The translations under genes were made by a program, and so were the position numbers. Of a stretch of 64,000 bases of DNA, positions 1-9,484 are shown in pieces. Numbering within the stretch: position 1 is the stretch's first letter; each line of letters starts with the position of its first letter. Source of the DNA: Bradyrhizobiaceae bacterium (GTDB taxonomy: Bacteria; Pseudomonadota; Alphaproteobacteria; Rhizobiales; Xanthobacteraceae); NCBI GenBank assembly GCA_947481635.1, contig CANKHJ010000003.1, positions 5,353-69,352 of the forward strand. Direction: 5' to 3'. The notes under the pieces are model-generated. The model was not told where the DNA came from. It searched no databases and saw only the letters and a list, made by a program, of their open reading frames with translations.

Positions 1-462
1 CTGACCGAACGGCCCGAACTGTTCTGGGGCATGATTGCCAGCATGTGGGTCGGCAACCTGATGCTAGTGATCATCAACCTTCCGCTGATCGGCATCTGGA
101 TCAAATTGCTGCAGGTGCCGTATCGCCTGCTGTTCCCCTGCATCCTGGTGTTGTGTTGCGTCGGCGCCTACAGCATCAGCTCGAGCACATTCCTGGTGAT
201 GATGATGGCAGGCTTCGCCCTGCTTGGTTACGTGTTCGCCAAGATCGGCTGCGAAGGCGCGCCGTTCCTGCTCGGCTTCGTGCTCGGCCCGCTGATGGAG
301 GAGAATTTCCGGCGTTCGATGGTGCTCTCCTTCGGCGATCCGGTCATTTTCGTGCAGCGCCCGATCTCGCTGACGATCCTGCTCGCCGCGGTCGCGCTGA
401 TCCTGCTGATCGTCATCCCACAATTCCGCTCGACCCGTGAGGTCGCTTTCCAAGATCCTTGA
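1..462 (+). CDS. tctA: Tripartite tricarboxylate transporter large permease TctA, C-terminal part (5' end lies outside the window)
   Basis: The frame is open from base 1 (LTERPELFWGMIASMWVGNLMLVIINLPL...). The sequence is hydrophobic and typical of a TctA C-terminus. Confidence 0.8.
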   Translation: MTERPELFWGMIASMWVGNLMLVIINLPLIGIWIKLLQVPYRLLFPCILVLCCVGAYSISSSTFLVMMMAGFALLGYVFAKIGCEGAPFLLGFVLGPLMEENFRRSMVLSFGDPVIFVQRPISLTILLAAVALILLIVIPQFRSTREVAFQDP

Positions 463-543
463 TGTCAGCCCCTTGATCTCGAGACCCGTGACCTGCGTAA
501 TCGCAACGCCCTTGCCCTCGCGAGATGTGATAATTGAGCGGCC

Positions 544-1716
544 ATGACTGAAAACATGCCGCTCCAGAAGCTTCGCGTCATCGATCTCACACGTGTTCGC
601 GCCGGGCCGACCTGTGTGCGCCAGCTCGCTGATTGGGGCGCCGACGTCATCAAGGTCGAAGGGCCGGAAATCGACAGTTTCGGTGGCGCGCGCGATGGCC
701 CGGACTTCCAGAACCTGCACCGCAATAAGCGGAGCCTGACCCTCAACCTGAAGGAAGCCGAGGGCCGCGCGATCCTGATCAAACTGGTCGAGCAGGCCGA
801 CGTGCTGGTCGAAAACTATCGGCCGGACGTGAAGGACCGCCTGAAGATCGACTACGAGACACTGCGGCAGATCAACCCACGACTGATCTACGCGAGCATC
901 TCGGGCTTCGGTCAGGATGGTCCCTACCGCGACCGACCGGGCGTCGACCAGATTGCCCAGGGCATGGGCGGCCTGATGTCGATCACTGGAGAGCCCGGCC
1001 GCGGACCGATGCGCGTCGGTATCGCCATCGCCGACGTCAGCGCCGGCGTTTTCGCAGCCATGGGTGTCCTGCTCGCGATCATCGAGCGCCAGACATCCGG
1101 CCAAGGCCAATGGGTGCAGTCGTCGCTGCTCCAGGCGCAGATTGCGATGCTCGACTTCCAGGCCGCGCGCTGGCTGCTCAAAAACGAGGTGCCCGAGCAG
1201 GTCGGCAACGATCATCCGACCGGCGTGCCGACCAGCGCCTATCCGACCACAGACGGCTACATCAATGTCGCGGCGCCGGCGGACTATGCGTGGAAACGCC
1301 TTTGCAATGCCATCGGCGCCCCCCACCTGATCGACCGGCCGGGCTTCGATACCTTCCTCGGCCGCCAGAAGAACCGGCATGCGATCAACGACGCGCTTGC
1401 GGCGATCTTCAAGACCCGCGACAGCGACACGTGGGTATCACTGCTCAACGAAGCCGGCGTGCCATGCGGGCCGATCTACACCATGGATCAGGTGTTCGAC
1501 GATCCGCAGGTGAAGCACTTGGGCATCGCGCAGGACGTCCCGCATCCCACCCTCGGCAAGCAGACCCTGGTCGGACAGGCGGTAACGCTGTCGCGGACAC
1601 CGAGCCAGTTGCGTACCCCGACGCCGGGCATGGGCGAACACAATGCGGATATCCTCGGCGAACTCGGCTACGACGGCGATGCGATCGCGGATCTGAAACG
1701 CCGCGGCGTTATCTAG
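544..1716 (+). CDS. Family III CoA-transferase (CaiB/BaiF type)
   Basis: N-terminus LRVIDLTRVRAGPTCVRQLADWGADVIKVE is the characteristic family-III signature. Length is 390 aa. Confidence 0.85.
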   Translation: MTENMPLQKLRVIDLTRVRAGPTCVRQLADWGADVIKVEGPEIDSFGGARDGPDFQNLHRNKRSLTLNLKEAEGRAILIKLVEQADVLVENYRPDVKDRLKIDYETLRQINPRLIYASISGFGQDGPYRDRPGVDQIAQGMGGLMSITGEPGRGPMRVGIAIADVSAGVFAAMGVLLAIIERQTSGQGQWVQSSLLQAQIAMLDFQAARWLLKNEVPEQVGNDHPTGVPTSAYPTTDGYINVAAPADYAWKRLCNAIGAPHLIDRPGFDTFLGRQKNRHAINDALAAIFKTRDSDTWVSLLNEAGVPCGPIYTMDQVFDDPQVKHLGIAQDVPHPTLGKQTLVGQAVTLSRTPSQLRTPTPGMGEHNADILGELGYDGDAIADLKRRGVI

Positions 1717-1745
1717 CGAGAACACACGCAGCGCGGAGACAGGCG

Positions 1746-2537
1746 ATGGCCATGACCGACAAGATGATCGCGCGCCGCGACGGCGTGATCGGCTGGATGA
1801 CCTTCAACAATCCAGCACGCCACAACGCCATGTCGATGGACATGTGGGAAGCGGTCAGCGAGATCATAGGACAATTCGAGGCAGACCCGGAGGTGCGCGT
1901 CATCGTGCTCCATGGCGCCGGCGAAAAGGCCTTCGTCTCCGGCGCCGACATTTCGCAATTCGACACCATGCGCTCGAACAAGGAAGAGGTCGCGCGCTAT
2001 GACGCCGTCGCCGACTTGGCGAATAACGCGCTGACAAACACGACCAAGCCGACCATCGCGATGATCCGCGGCTATTGCATCGGCGGCGGCCTCGGTGTCG
2101 CGTTGCGTTGCGATCTGCGCATCGCGGCGGAAGGTTCGCGCTTCGCCATTCCGGCCGCGAAGCTCGGCCTCGGCTATGGCTATCCGGGCGTCAAATTGCT
2201 GACCGACCTGGTGGGACCATCGGTCGCGAAGGACATCTTCTTCACTGCGCGCCAATACGAGACCACCGAGGCGCTGCGCATCGGGCTGATCAATCATGTC
2301 GTCCCGACCGCGGAGCTGGAAACATTCACGCGCGCCTATGCGGAAAACATCGCGCGCAATGCGCCGCTCACGGTCAAGACCGCCAAGATGGCCGTGAATG
2401 CCGCCACCGAAGACGAGTCGACGCGTGACCTTGCCGCTGTCGAGGCCGCGGTCGCGGTCTGTTTCGCCAGCGCCGACTACAAGGAAGGCCGCGCCGCTTT
2501 CATGGAAAAGCGCAAACCGAACTTCCGGGGCGCTTGA
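1746..2537 (+). CDS. Enoyl-CoA hydratase/isomerase (crotonase family)
   Basis: An internal ATG at 1746 lies within the 1110..2537 ORF. Crotonase motifs are present: VIVLHGAGEKAFVSGADI and GYCIGGGLGVAL. Confidence 0.85.
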   Translation: MAMTDKMIARRDGVIGWMTFNNPARHNAMSMDMWEAVSEIIGQFEADPEVRVIVLHGAGEKAFVSGADISQFDTMRSNKEEVARYDAVADLANNALTNTTKPTIAMIRGYCIGGGLGVALRCDLRIAAEGSRFAIPAAKLGLGYGYPGVKLLTDLVGPSVAKDIFFTARQYETTEALRIGLINHVVPTAELETFTRAYAENIARNAPLTVKTAKMAVNAATEDESTRDLAAVEAAVAVCFASADYKEGRAAFMEKRKPNFRGA

Positions 2538-3658
2538 CGGTGGCCGCCGGTCCTCCGTTTCGCGCCGAACATATCGGAAGCCTGGTCCGCCCGGCCGCGT
2601 TGCTGGCGGCGCGGCGCGACCACGCAGACGGCAAGCTCTCGCGCGAGGACCTCACGCGCGCCGAGAACGACGCGATCCGTGACGTCGTGAAACTGCAGGA
2701 AGAGGCCGGCCTGCAGGTGATCACCGACGGCGAATTCCGCCGCGGCACCTACTCAGACAGCTTCACCACCGCCGGCATTTCCGGCGTGCAGGTGGAGATG
2801 ACCGAAGATCTTGGCTTTGCCGTCTCGGCGACGCATGGCCACCGCATGGCGCGCCGCATCCCGAAGGTGGTCAGCAAACTCGCATGGAAGGGACCGCAGA
2901 ACGCGGCCGATTTCCGGTTTGTGAAATCGCTGACCAGCCGCACGCCGAAGGTCACCCTGCCCGGCCCCGCCTACATTCACTACCGCGCCGGTCGTGCCAA
3001 TATCAGCCGCGACGCCTATCCCGATCTCGATGGCTTCTGGGCCGACCTGATCGCTGCCTATCACCAGGAACTGCGCTCGTTGCGCGATGCCGGCTGCACC
3101 TATCTCCAGATCGACGAGACCTCGCTGGTGAAGCTCGGCGATCAGCGGGTGCGCCAATTGCTGACCGAACGCGGCGACGACTGGCGCGACCTATTGAAAG
3201 TCTACATCGAAGCGATGAACGCGCTGGTCGCCGGCGCGCCGGACGGCATGACCATCGGAATCCACATCTGCCGCAGCCAGGACCCAAGCTGGCAGGCGGA
3301 CACCGGCTATGATCCGATCGCGGAGCCGATGTTCAATGACATGAAGATTGGCCTCTATTGGCTCGAATATGACAATTCCCGTTCCGGCGGCTTTGCGCCG
3401 CTGAGCACAGTGCCGAAGGGCAAGCGGGTCGTGCTTGGCCTGGTCTCATCAAAGTTGCCGGAAATCGAGTCCGCCGACCTGCTCAAGCGGCGCATCGAAG
3501 AGGCCAGCACGCAGATCGATCTCGATCAGCTCGCTCTCTCGCCGCAATGCGGCTTCTCGACCAGCGCGACCGACAAGGGCGCGATGACGGAAACGATCGA
3601 GCAGGCCAAGCTCAAGCGCGTAGCGGATGTCGCGCGCGACGTCTGGGGAGAGACATGA
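2534..3658 (+). CDS. MetE C-terminal-domain-like (cobalamin-independent methionine synthase family) Zn protein
   Basis: Motifs AEHIGSLVRP, VITDGEFRR, IHICRS (His-x-Cys) and SPQCGFS are present. The TTG start overlaps the upstream stop codon. Confidence 0.75.
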   Translation: MTVAAGPPFRAEHIGSLVRPAALLAARRDHADGKLSREDLTRAENDAIRDVVKLQEEAGLQVITDGEFRRGTYSDSFTTAGISGVQVEMTEDLGFAVSATHGHRMARRIPKVVSKLAWKGPQNAADFRFVKSLTSRTPKVTLPGPAYIHYRAGRANISRDAYPDLDGFWADLIAAYHQELRSLRDAGCTYLQIDETSLVKLGDQRVRQLLTERGDDWRDLLKVYIEAMNALVAGAPDGMTIGIHICRSQDPSWQADTGYDPIAEPMFNDMKIGLYWLEYDNSRSGGFAPLSTVPKGKRVVLGLVSSKLPEIESADLLKRRIEEASTQIDLDQLALSPQCGFSTSATDKGAMTETIEQAKLKRVADVARDVWGET

Positions 3659-3659
3659 C

Positions 3660-4364
3660 ATGACGCTGGAAGAAACCATCGCAAAACTGGTCGACGCCAA
3701 TCACATCCTGGCGCAAGAACGCGTGGTCGACGCCTTCGGCCATATCAGCGTGCGTCATCCGGAACGGCCGGACCGTTTCCTGCTGTCCTGCTCGCGCAGC
3801 CCTGAACTGGTCACGCCGCGCGACATCATGGAATTCACGCTCGACGGCATTCCGGTCGATGCGGCGGGCCGCAAGCCGTATTTCGAACGCTTCATCCATG
3901 GCGCGATCTTCGCGATCCGCCCCGAGGTCCACTCGGTCGTCCACAATCATTCCTATGACGTGATTCCGTTCGCGGTGAGCAAGACGCCGTTGCGGCCGGT
4001 GTTCCACGGTGCCGGAAACCTCGGCAAGAGCATGCCGGTCTGGGATATCCGCACCAAGTTCGGCGCCACCAACATGCTGGTGAACGACATCGACAAGGGC
4101 CGCGACATGGCGACCGCTTTGGGCAGCAACACCGTCGTCCTGATGCGCGGCCATGGCTGCACGGTCGTCGGTCAAACGATCGAAGAGGCGGTGCTGTCCT
4201 CGGTCTATCTTCAGGTCAATGCGCGGCTTCAGACCACGGCGATGCAGTTCGGCGACGTCTCCTATCTGCATGACGACGAGATCGACGTCATGCAGGCCGC
4301 GCGTGCCGCCGCACCGGGCAACGATCGGGCGTGGGAATATCTGCTTGCGCGCAGCCGGCGCTAG
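3660..4364 (+). CDS. Class II aldolase/adducin-domain protein
   Basis: DAFGHISVRHPERPDRFLLS and NHSYDVIPF are typical of the family. The ATG at 3660 lies 2 nt after the upstream stop (the ORF track starts at 3627). Confidence 0.8.
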   Translation: MTLEETIAKLVDANHILAQERVVDAFGHISVRHPERPDRFLLSCSRSPELVTPRDIMEFTLDGIPVDAAGRKPYFERFIHGAIFAIRPEVHSVVHNHSYDVIPFAVSKTPLRPVFHGAGNLGKSMPVWDIRTKFGATNMLVNDIDKGRDMATALGSNTVVLMRGHGCTVVGQTIEEAVLSSVYLQVNARLQTTAMQFGDVSYLHDDEIDVMQAARAAAPGNDRAWEYLLARSRR

Positions 4365-4515
4365 GTTCGATCCAAGCGGCCGGGCATCCGGATATCCGGA
4401 AATCCGCCCGGCCACTTTGGGTCGATACTCAAGCCGACTGGCCTTCGGTAAGATTCGTCCAACAAGAGCGGGTGCAGCCCCCGCCGGCCGATTCGCGCAG
4501 GGAGGCGCTCCGGGC

Positions 4516-5493
4516 ATGATCACACAACGCGCTTTGCAGGTGGCCGCTCTGGTGGCCTGTTCGCTGTTTGCGGGCGGCAGTGCAACGCCAGCCGACGCGC
4601 AGGCCTATCCGTCGAAGCCGATCCGGACCATCGTGCCGTTCCCGGCCGGCACCGGCATGGACATTCTCGCGCGTCAACTGTCCGAGGGGATCAAGGCACG
4701 CACCGGCCAGGTGCTGGTGGTGGAGTCGCGGGTCGGCGCCGGCGCCACCGTTGCCATGGGCGTGCTGGCCCGGGCCAAACCCGACGGTTACACGATCGCG
4801 GTGTCTCCGGGCGTCAGCGCCAGCATCTATACGGTCAAGGAAATCCCCTACGAGCCGGTGAAGGATTTCGAGCGCGTCGCGACACTGGTCAAGGTGCCCT
4901 ACTTCCTGCTGATCAATCCGGAAAAGACGCCGGTCTCGTCGGTCAAGGAATTGACGGCGCTGCTCAAGGCCAAGAACGGCAAGGTGACATTCGGTTCGCC
5001 GAACACGCCGTCGCTGGTCGCAGCGAAGCTGTTTGCCAAGAATGCCGGCATCGATGCACAGCCGGTCGCCTATAAGAGCATGATGGACGCGATGCGCGAC
5101 CTGCAAGGCGGCGACTACGACTTCATGTTCAGCGACACCGGCTTCGCGCTCGGCGCGATGAAGACCGGCAAGGTGAAGGCACTCGGCGTCACGCTGGCGA
5201 ACCGGCTGGCGAGCGCGCCCGACGTTCCTACCATGGGCGAAGCCGGCGTGGCGGGCATCGATTTCTACGGCTGGATCGGCGTCTATCTCCCGGCCGGTGG
5301 ACCGCCGGAATTGACCGAGCAATTGAGCAAACTGGTCAACGATGTCGCCGCGTCGCCGGAGATGCAGAAATTCTACGTCGATAACGGCTATCAGCCGTTC
5401 GCGACCGGGCCGAAAGCCTTCACGGAATTCGAGGCGGAAAACTTCAAGCTGTGGGCGGACCTCGCCAAGCTCGCCGGCATTCAGCCGCAATAA
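4516..5493 (+). CDS. Bug-family (TctC-like) periplasmic substrate-binding protein
   Basis: A signal peptide is followed by AQAYPSKPIRTIVPFPAGTGMDILAR and KPDGYTI. The internal ATG at 4516 is in frame with the 4153..5493 ORF. Confidence 0.85.
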   Translation: MITQRALQVAALVACSLFAGGSATPADAQAYPSKPIRTIVPFPAGTGMDILARQLSEGIKARTGQVLVVESRVGAGATVAMGVLARAKPDGYTIAVSPGVSASIYTVKEIPYEPVKDFERVATLVKVPYFLLINPEKTPVSSVKELTALLKAKNGKVTFGSPNTPSLVAAKLFAKNAGIDAQPVAYKSMMDAMRDLQGGDYDFMFSDTGFALGAMKTGKVKALGVTLANRLASAPDVPTMGEAGVAGIDFYGWIGVYLPAGGPPELTEQLSKLVNDVAASPEMQKFYVDNGYQPFATGPKAFTEFEAENFKLWADLAKLAGIQPQ

Positions 5494-5519
5494 CCGAATT
5501 CAAACAGGAAGCGAGCCGC

Positions 5520-6272
5520 ATGCGTCTGGAAGGCCGACGTGCCATCGTCACCGGCGCGGCGCAAGGCGTCGGCCTTGCGATCACGCGCGCGCTGCTCGCC
5601 GAGGGTGCGCGCGTCTCCATGCTCGACCGGCAGGCCGACGTGTTGCGCGCCGCGGCCGCCGCGCTCGGCAAGGCTGCGCATGCCATTCCTTGCGACGTTG
5701 CGGTGGACCGCGAGATCGAGGACGCGGTCGACGCTGCCAGCAAGACGATGGGTGGGATCGATGCGGTGGTGAACTGCGCCGGCATTGCGATGTTCACCCC
5801 CTTCGACCAGGTCAGCAACGAGCAATGGTCGAACATCCTGCGGGTGAATCTCGATGGCCCGTTCAAGCTCTGCAAGGCGGCGCTGCCGCATCTGCGCGCC
5901 GCCGGGACCAGCACGATCGTGAATATCGGATCGACCGTCGGCATCCGGCCGACACCGAACCGCACGCCCTATTGCGTCTCCAAGGCCGCGTTGATCATGC
6001 TGAGCAAGTCGCTGGCGCTCGACCTCGCCAAGGACGGCATCCGGGTCAACGTCGTCGCGCCGGGCCGGCTCGAGATGAGCGACATGGAAGACAAATTCCA
6101 GGGCGCCGAGGCGCTGGCCGCGCGGATGCGCGAGATGCGCCAGAACTCCGCGATCCAGCGGCTCGGTCTCGCCGCGGAAGTAGCGCAGGCGGTGGTGTTC
6201 CTGACCAGCCACGAGTCCTCGTTCACCACTGGATCGACCCTGGTTGTCGATGGCGGCGCCGCTTACGCCTGA
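5520..6272 (+). CDS. SDR-family oxidoreductase
   Basis: Motifs AIVTGAAQGVGLA (TGxxxGxG), NCAG and YCVSKAA (YxxxK) are present. Confidence 0.85.
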   Translation: MRLEGRRAIVTGAAQGVGLAITRALLAEGARVSMLDRQADVLRAAAAALGKAAHAIPCDVAVDREIEDAVDAASKTMGGIDAVVNCAGIAMFTPFDQVSNEQWSNILRVNLDGPFKLCKAALPHLRAAGTSTIVNIGSTVGIRPTPNRTPYCVSKAALIMLSKSLALDLAKDGIRVNVVAPGRLEMSDMEDKFQGAEALAARMREMRQNSAIQRLGLAAEVAQAVVFLTSHESSFTTGSTLVVDGGAAYA

Positions 6273-6360
6273 CCCTGCTCCCGGCTTCGCCCAACCATTT
6301 GACAGCGCCGCGGCGGCGTCGGATTGATGCGTGGTTCGGTGAGAATTCAGGGAGGACGCC

Positions 6361-7407
6361 GTGGCGAAATTCAAGGTCGTGACCCCGAAAGGACTGAGCT
6401 TCGCGGTCGGCACCGGCGGCGGCTATCATTTCGAGAATGAAGCGCTGACCGCGCTCGATGCCGAGATCGTGGAGATCGATGCGTCGTCCGAAAACGCCTT
6501 CATCGACGCGGCGCATGACGCCGACGCCGTCTATGCCAAGGGCATGAAATTCACCAAGCGCATGATCGATGGCCTGCAGCGCTGCAAGATCATCGCGCTC
6601 GGCACGGTCGGCTCCGACTATGTCGACATCGAAGCCGCGACCGCCAAGGGCATCCCGGTCACCAACGTGCCGGACACCTTCATCGAGGAGGTGGCCGACC
6701 ACGCCATGATGCTGCTGCTCTCGTCGTGGCGGCGGCTGGTCGTGCAGGACCGGATGGTGCGCGATGGCCGCTGGAAGGAAGGCCGCCCTGCCCTCAACCA
6801 GGATCGCCTGATGGGCCGCACGCTCGGCTTCATCGCCTTCGGCCACGTCGCGCGCCATGTCGCGATGCGCGCCCGCCCGTTCGGCTTCCGGATGATGGCT
6901 TATGATCCGTATATCGAGGAGCTGGTGATGAGCCCCTACGGCGTCGAACCGGCGTCACTGGAGGAGGTGCTGCGCAACTCGGACTATGTCTCGATGCATG
7001 CGCCGGACACGGTCAGCGCGCGGAAAATGCTCACCGAGAAGCACTTCAAGATGATGAAGCCGAGCGCGATCTTCATCAATACCGGGCGCGGGCCGACGGT
7101 CGACGAGGCGGCGCTGATCAAGGCGCTGCAGGAGGGCTGGATCGCAGGCGCCGGCCTCGACGTGCTGGAGACCGAACCGCCGCACCCTGACAATCCGCTG
7201 CTCAAGATGGACAACGTGATCCTGACCGCTCACGTCGCCTCGGCCTCGGCGCGCTTCGATCCCGCACGGCGGCGCCGCGTCGGCCACGAGATCGCGCTGG
7301 CGCTGCAAGGCTATTGGCCGCGCGCCGCAGTTAATCCGAACGTGCTGGAAAAGGGCGACCTGCGCCGTTGGCAGCCCTATTCGATGGAGCGCGGCCCGGC
7401 GACCTGA
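6361..7407 (+). CDS. D-isomer-specific 2-hydroxyacid dehydrogenase (CtBP-like)
   Basis: Motifs GRTLGFIAFGHVARHVA (NAD fold), FINTGRGPTVDE and TAHVAS are present. The start codon is GTG. Confidence 0.8.
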   Translation: MAKFKVVTPKGLSFAVGTGGGYHFENEALTALDAEIVEIDASSENAFIDAAHDADAVYAKGMKFTKRMIDGLQRCKIIALGTVGSDYVDIEAATAKGIPVTNVPDTFIEEVADHAMMLLLSSWRRLVVQDRMVRDGRWKEGRPALNQDRLMGRTLGFIAFGHVARHVAMRARPFGFRMMAYDPYIEELVMSPYGVEPASLEEVLRNSDYVSMHAPDTVSARKMLTEKHFKMMKPSAIFINTGRGPTVDEAALIKALQEGWIAGAGLDVLETEPPHPDNPLLKMDNVILTAHVASASARFDPARRRRVGHEIALALQGYWPRAAVNPNVLEKGDLRRWQPYSMERGPAT

Positions 7408-7611
7408 GCCAAATTTGGCCCGGTTGCCAACAGCTGCCCACCCCTGCGTCGAAGTGGGCTGAACTGCCGCCTCGGCGACGGGGCTGACGAGGCTCTGAAC
7501 CCTCGTCCGGGGCTTGACCCGCGCGGCCTTCTTCAATGTAACAAGCCACCTGACGAGGATGGATCGCGGCAACGGACCGGCGACGCCCTGGGTCGGATGA
7601 GGAGTTTCCCC

Positions 7612-9258
7612 ATGAAAGTCGGCGCCGCCATCGCGGAAATCATGAAGCGCGAGGGCATCGAGATCCTCACCGCCTATCCCGTCAACCACCTGATCGAACA
7701 CGCGGCGAATATCGATATCCGCCCGGTGATCGTGCGCCAGGAGCGCATCGGCCTGCACATGGCGGATGCGATCTCGCGGGTCACCTCCGGCGACAAGCTC
7801 GGCGCCTTCTGCATGCAGCACGGCCCCGGCACCGAGAATGCCTATGGCGGCATCGCGCAGGCCTTTAGCGAGTCGATCCCGATCCTGGTCGTGCCGGGCG
7901 GCTATCCGCGCCGCACCGCGCAGGTCGGCGCCAATTACAGCGCGGTGCGCGAGATGCGCGGCATCTCCAAGTCGGCGGAGTCGATCATGACCGCCGACGA
8001 AGTCTCCAACGTGATGCGCCGCGCCTTCACCAAGATGCGCAACGGGCGCGGCGGTCCCGCGATCGTCGAGGTCCCGTCGGACCTCTGGAACGCCGAACTC
8101 GAGGGCGAGCTCAATTATCAACCGGTGGTGAAATTCAAATACACCGCCGATCCTGCGATGGTGAAGCAGGCCGCAAAGATGCTCACCAAGGCGAAGCGGC
8201 CGGTGCTGTATGTCGGCCAGGGCGTGCATTGGGCGAAGGCCTGGCCGCAGGTGAAGGAGCTGGCTGAGCTTCTCGCCATCCCGGTGACGACCAGCATCGA
8301 GGGCAAGAGCGCGTTCGACGAAACCCACCCGCTCTCGCTCGGCTCGGGCGGCGTCGCCGTGCCGAAGGCGGTGCGCAAATTCCTCGATACCTCGGACCTG
8401 ATCTTCGGCATCGGCGTGAGCTTCACCGAGACCTCGTTCGGCGTGCCGATGCCGGGTAACGCGGGCCGCAAGTTCATCCAGAACACGCTCGACCCGAACC
8501 ACGTCAACAACACAGTGATCGTCGACACCGTGCTGCTCGGCGATTCCGCGCTGACGCTCGATGCGCTGCTTGCGGAAATCAAGCTGACCGTCACCAAGCC
8601 GAAATCCTCCAAGAAGGTCGCTGACGAGATCAAGAGCTACAACGATCCGTGGCGCAAGGAATGGGAAGCGAAGCTCCACGACAACACCGCGCCGCTCTCG
8701 CCTTACCGCGTGATCAACGATCTCTGGCACAATGTCGACGTCGCCAACACCATCATCACGCATGATGCCGGCTCGCCGCGCGACCAGCTGACGCCGTTCT
8801 GGAAATGCACCAAGCCGCTGACTTACATCGGCTGGGGCAAGACCACGCAGCTCGGCTACGGCCTCGGCCTCGCGATGGGTGCGAAACTGGCGCGTCCCGA
8901 CCAGCTCTGTATCAACGTGTGGGGCGACGCGGCGATCGGCTTCACCGGGATGGATTTCGAAACCTGCGTGCGCGAGCGCATCCCGATCATGTCGATCCTG
9001 CTGAACAATTTCTCAATGGCGATCGAAATCCCGATCATGCCGATCTCGCAGAAGAAGTATAAGTCGACCGACATCTCTGGAAACTATGCCTTGATGGCCC
9101 AGGCCTTCGGCGGCTATGGCGAGCGCGTCGAGAAGCCCGAGGATATCATCCCGGCGATCAAGCGCGGCATCGAGCAGACCAAGAAGGGCGTTCCGGTGCT
9201 GCTCGAATTCATCACCAAGAAGGAAACCGCGATCTCACGCTACCAGATCGAGAAGTAG
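7612..9258 (+). CDS. Thiamine-diphosphate-dependent enzyme (acetolactate-synthase-like family)
   Basis: ThDP N-domain motifs QHGPGTENAYGGIAQAF and C-terminal GWGKTTQLGYGLGLAMGA...WGDAA are present. GAGGAG lies 7 nt upstream of the ATG at 7612 (an alternative ATG is at 7597). Confidence 0.8.
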   Translation: MKVGAAIAEIMKREGIEILTAYPVNHLIEHAANIDIRPVIVRQERIGLHMADAISRVTSGDKLGAFCMQHGPGTENAYGGIAQAFSESIPILVVPGGYPRRTAQVGANYSAVREMRGISKSAESIMTADEVSNVMRRAFTKMRNGRGGPAIVEVPSDLWNAELEGELNYQPVVKFKYTADPAMVKQAAKMLTKAKRPVLYVGQGVHWAKAWPQVKELAELLAIPVTTSIEGKSAFDETHPLSLGSGGVAVPKAVRKFLDTSDLIFGIGVSFTETSFGVPMPGNAGRKFIQNTLDPNHVNNTVIVDTVLLGDSALTLDALLAEIKLTVTKPKSSKKVADEIKSYNDPWRKEWEAKLHDNTAPLSPYRVINDLWHNVDVANTIITHDAGSPRDQLTPFWKCTKPLTYIGWGKTTQLGYGLGLAMGAKLARPDQLCINVWGDAAIGFTGMDFETCVRERIPIMSILLNNFSMAIEIPIMPISQKKYKSTDISGNYALMAQAFGGYGERVEKPEDIIPAIKRGIEQTKKGVPVLLEFITKKETAISRYQIEK

Positions 9259-9300
9259 CCGCGTATCGCTTCCGCTGACATCATCCGAGACGACAACCAA

Positions 9301-9330
9301 ATGCCCGGCTTACGCCGGGCATTTTGCATT
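9301..9330 (+). terminator. Rho-independent terminator-like hairpin after the ThDP enzyme gene
   Basis: Stem GCCCGGC, loop ttac, stem GCCGGGC, followed by ATTTTGCATT. Confidence 0.55.
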
Positions 9331-9367
9331 CAAGACGGCGGATCACCGTGGAAGCCAAAACCGCGGC

Positions 9368-9453
9368 GTCATGCCCGGCCTTGTGCCGGGCATCCACGTC
9401 TTCATGGTCGGAGAAGCAAGACGTGGATGGCCGGGGCAAGCCCGGCCATGACG
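9368..9453. repeat. REP-like intergenic element made of three consecutive hairpins
   Basis: Three hairpins are visible: GCCCGGCcttgtGCCGGGC, CCACGTCTT..(15 nt)..AAGACGTGG and TGGCCGGGgcaagCCCGGCCA. The ends gtcatgcccggcc / ggcccggccatgac are mutually inverted. Confidence 0.6.
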
Positions 9454-9484
9454 GCGCAGGGAATCCAGCTGTCGTCTCAGCGGA

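Noticed and set aside
64-1380. 438-aa ORF antisense to tctA and the CoA-transferase gene
   Set aside because: It is Arg/Ala/Gly/Asp-rich with no motif and lies fully opposite two well-supported genes. This is the usual artefact of GC-rich DNA with strong third-position bias.
7408-7611. Possible TPP riboswitch upstream of the ThDP-dependent enzyme gene
   Set aside because: I could not find the conserved CUGAGA and ACCUGAUCUGGAUAAUGCCAGC-type boxes. ThDP-using catabolic enzymes are not typical riboswitch targets. The NMT1-like gene leader at 36518-36697 gave the same negative result.
6955-8763. 602-aa ORF antisense to the 2-hydroxyacid dehydrogenase and ThDP enzyme genes
   Set aside because: It has the same low-complexity Arg/Asp/Gly composition. 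It spans an intergenic region of the opposite strand, and I see no domain signature.
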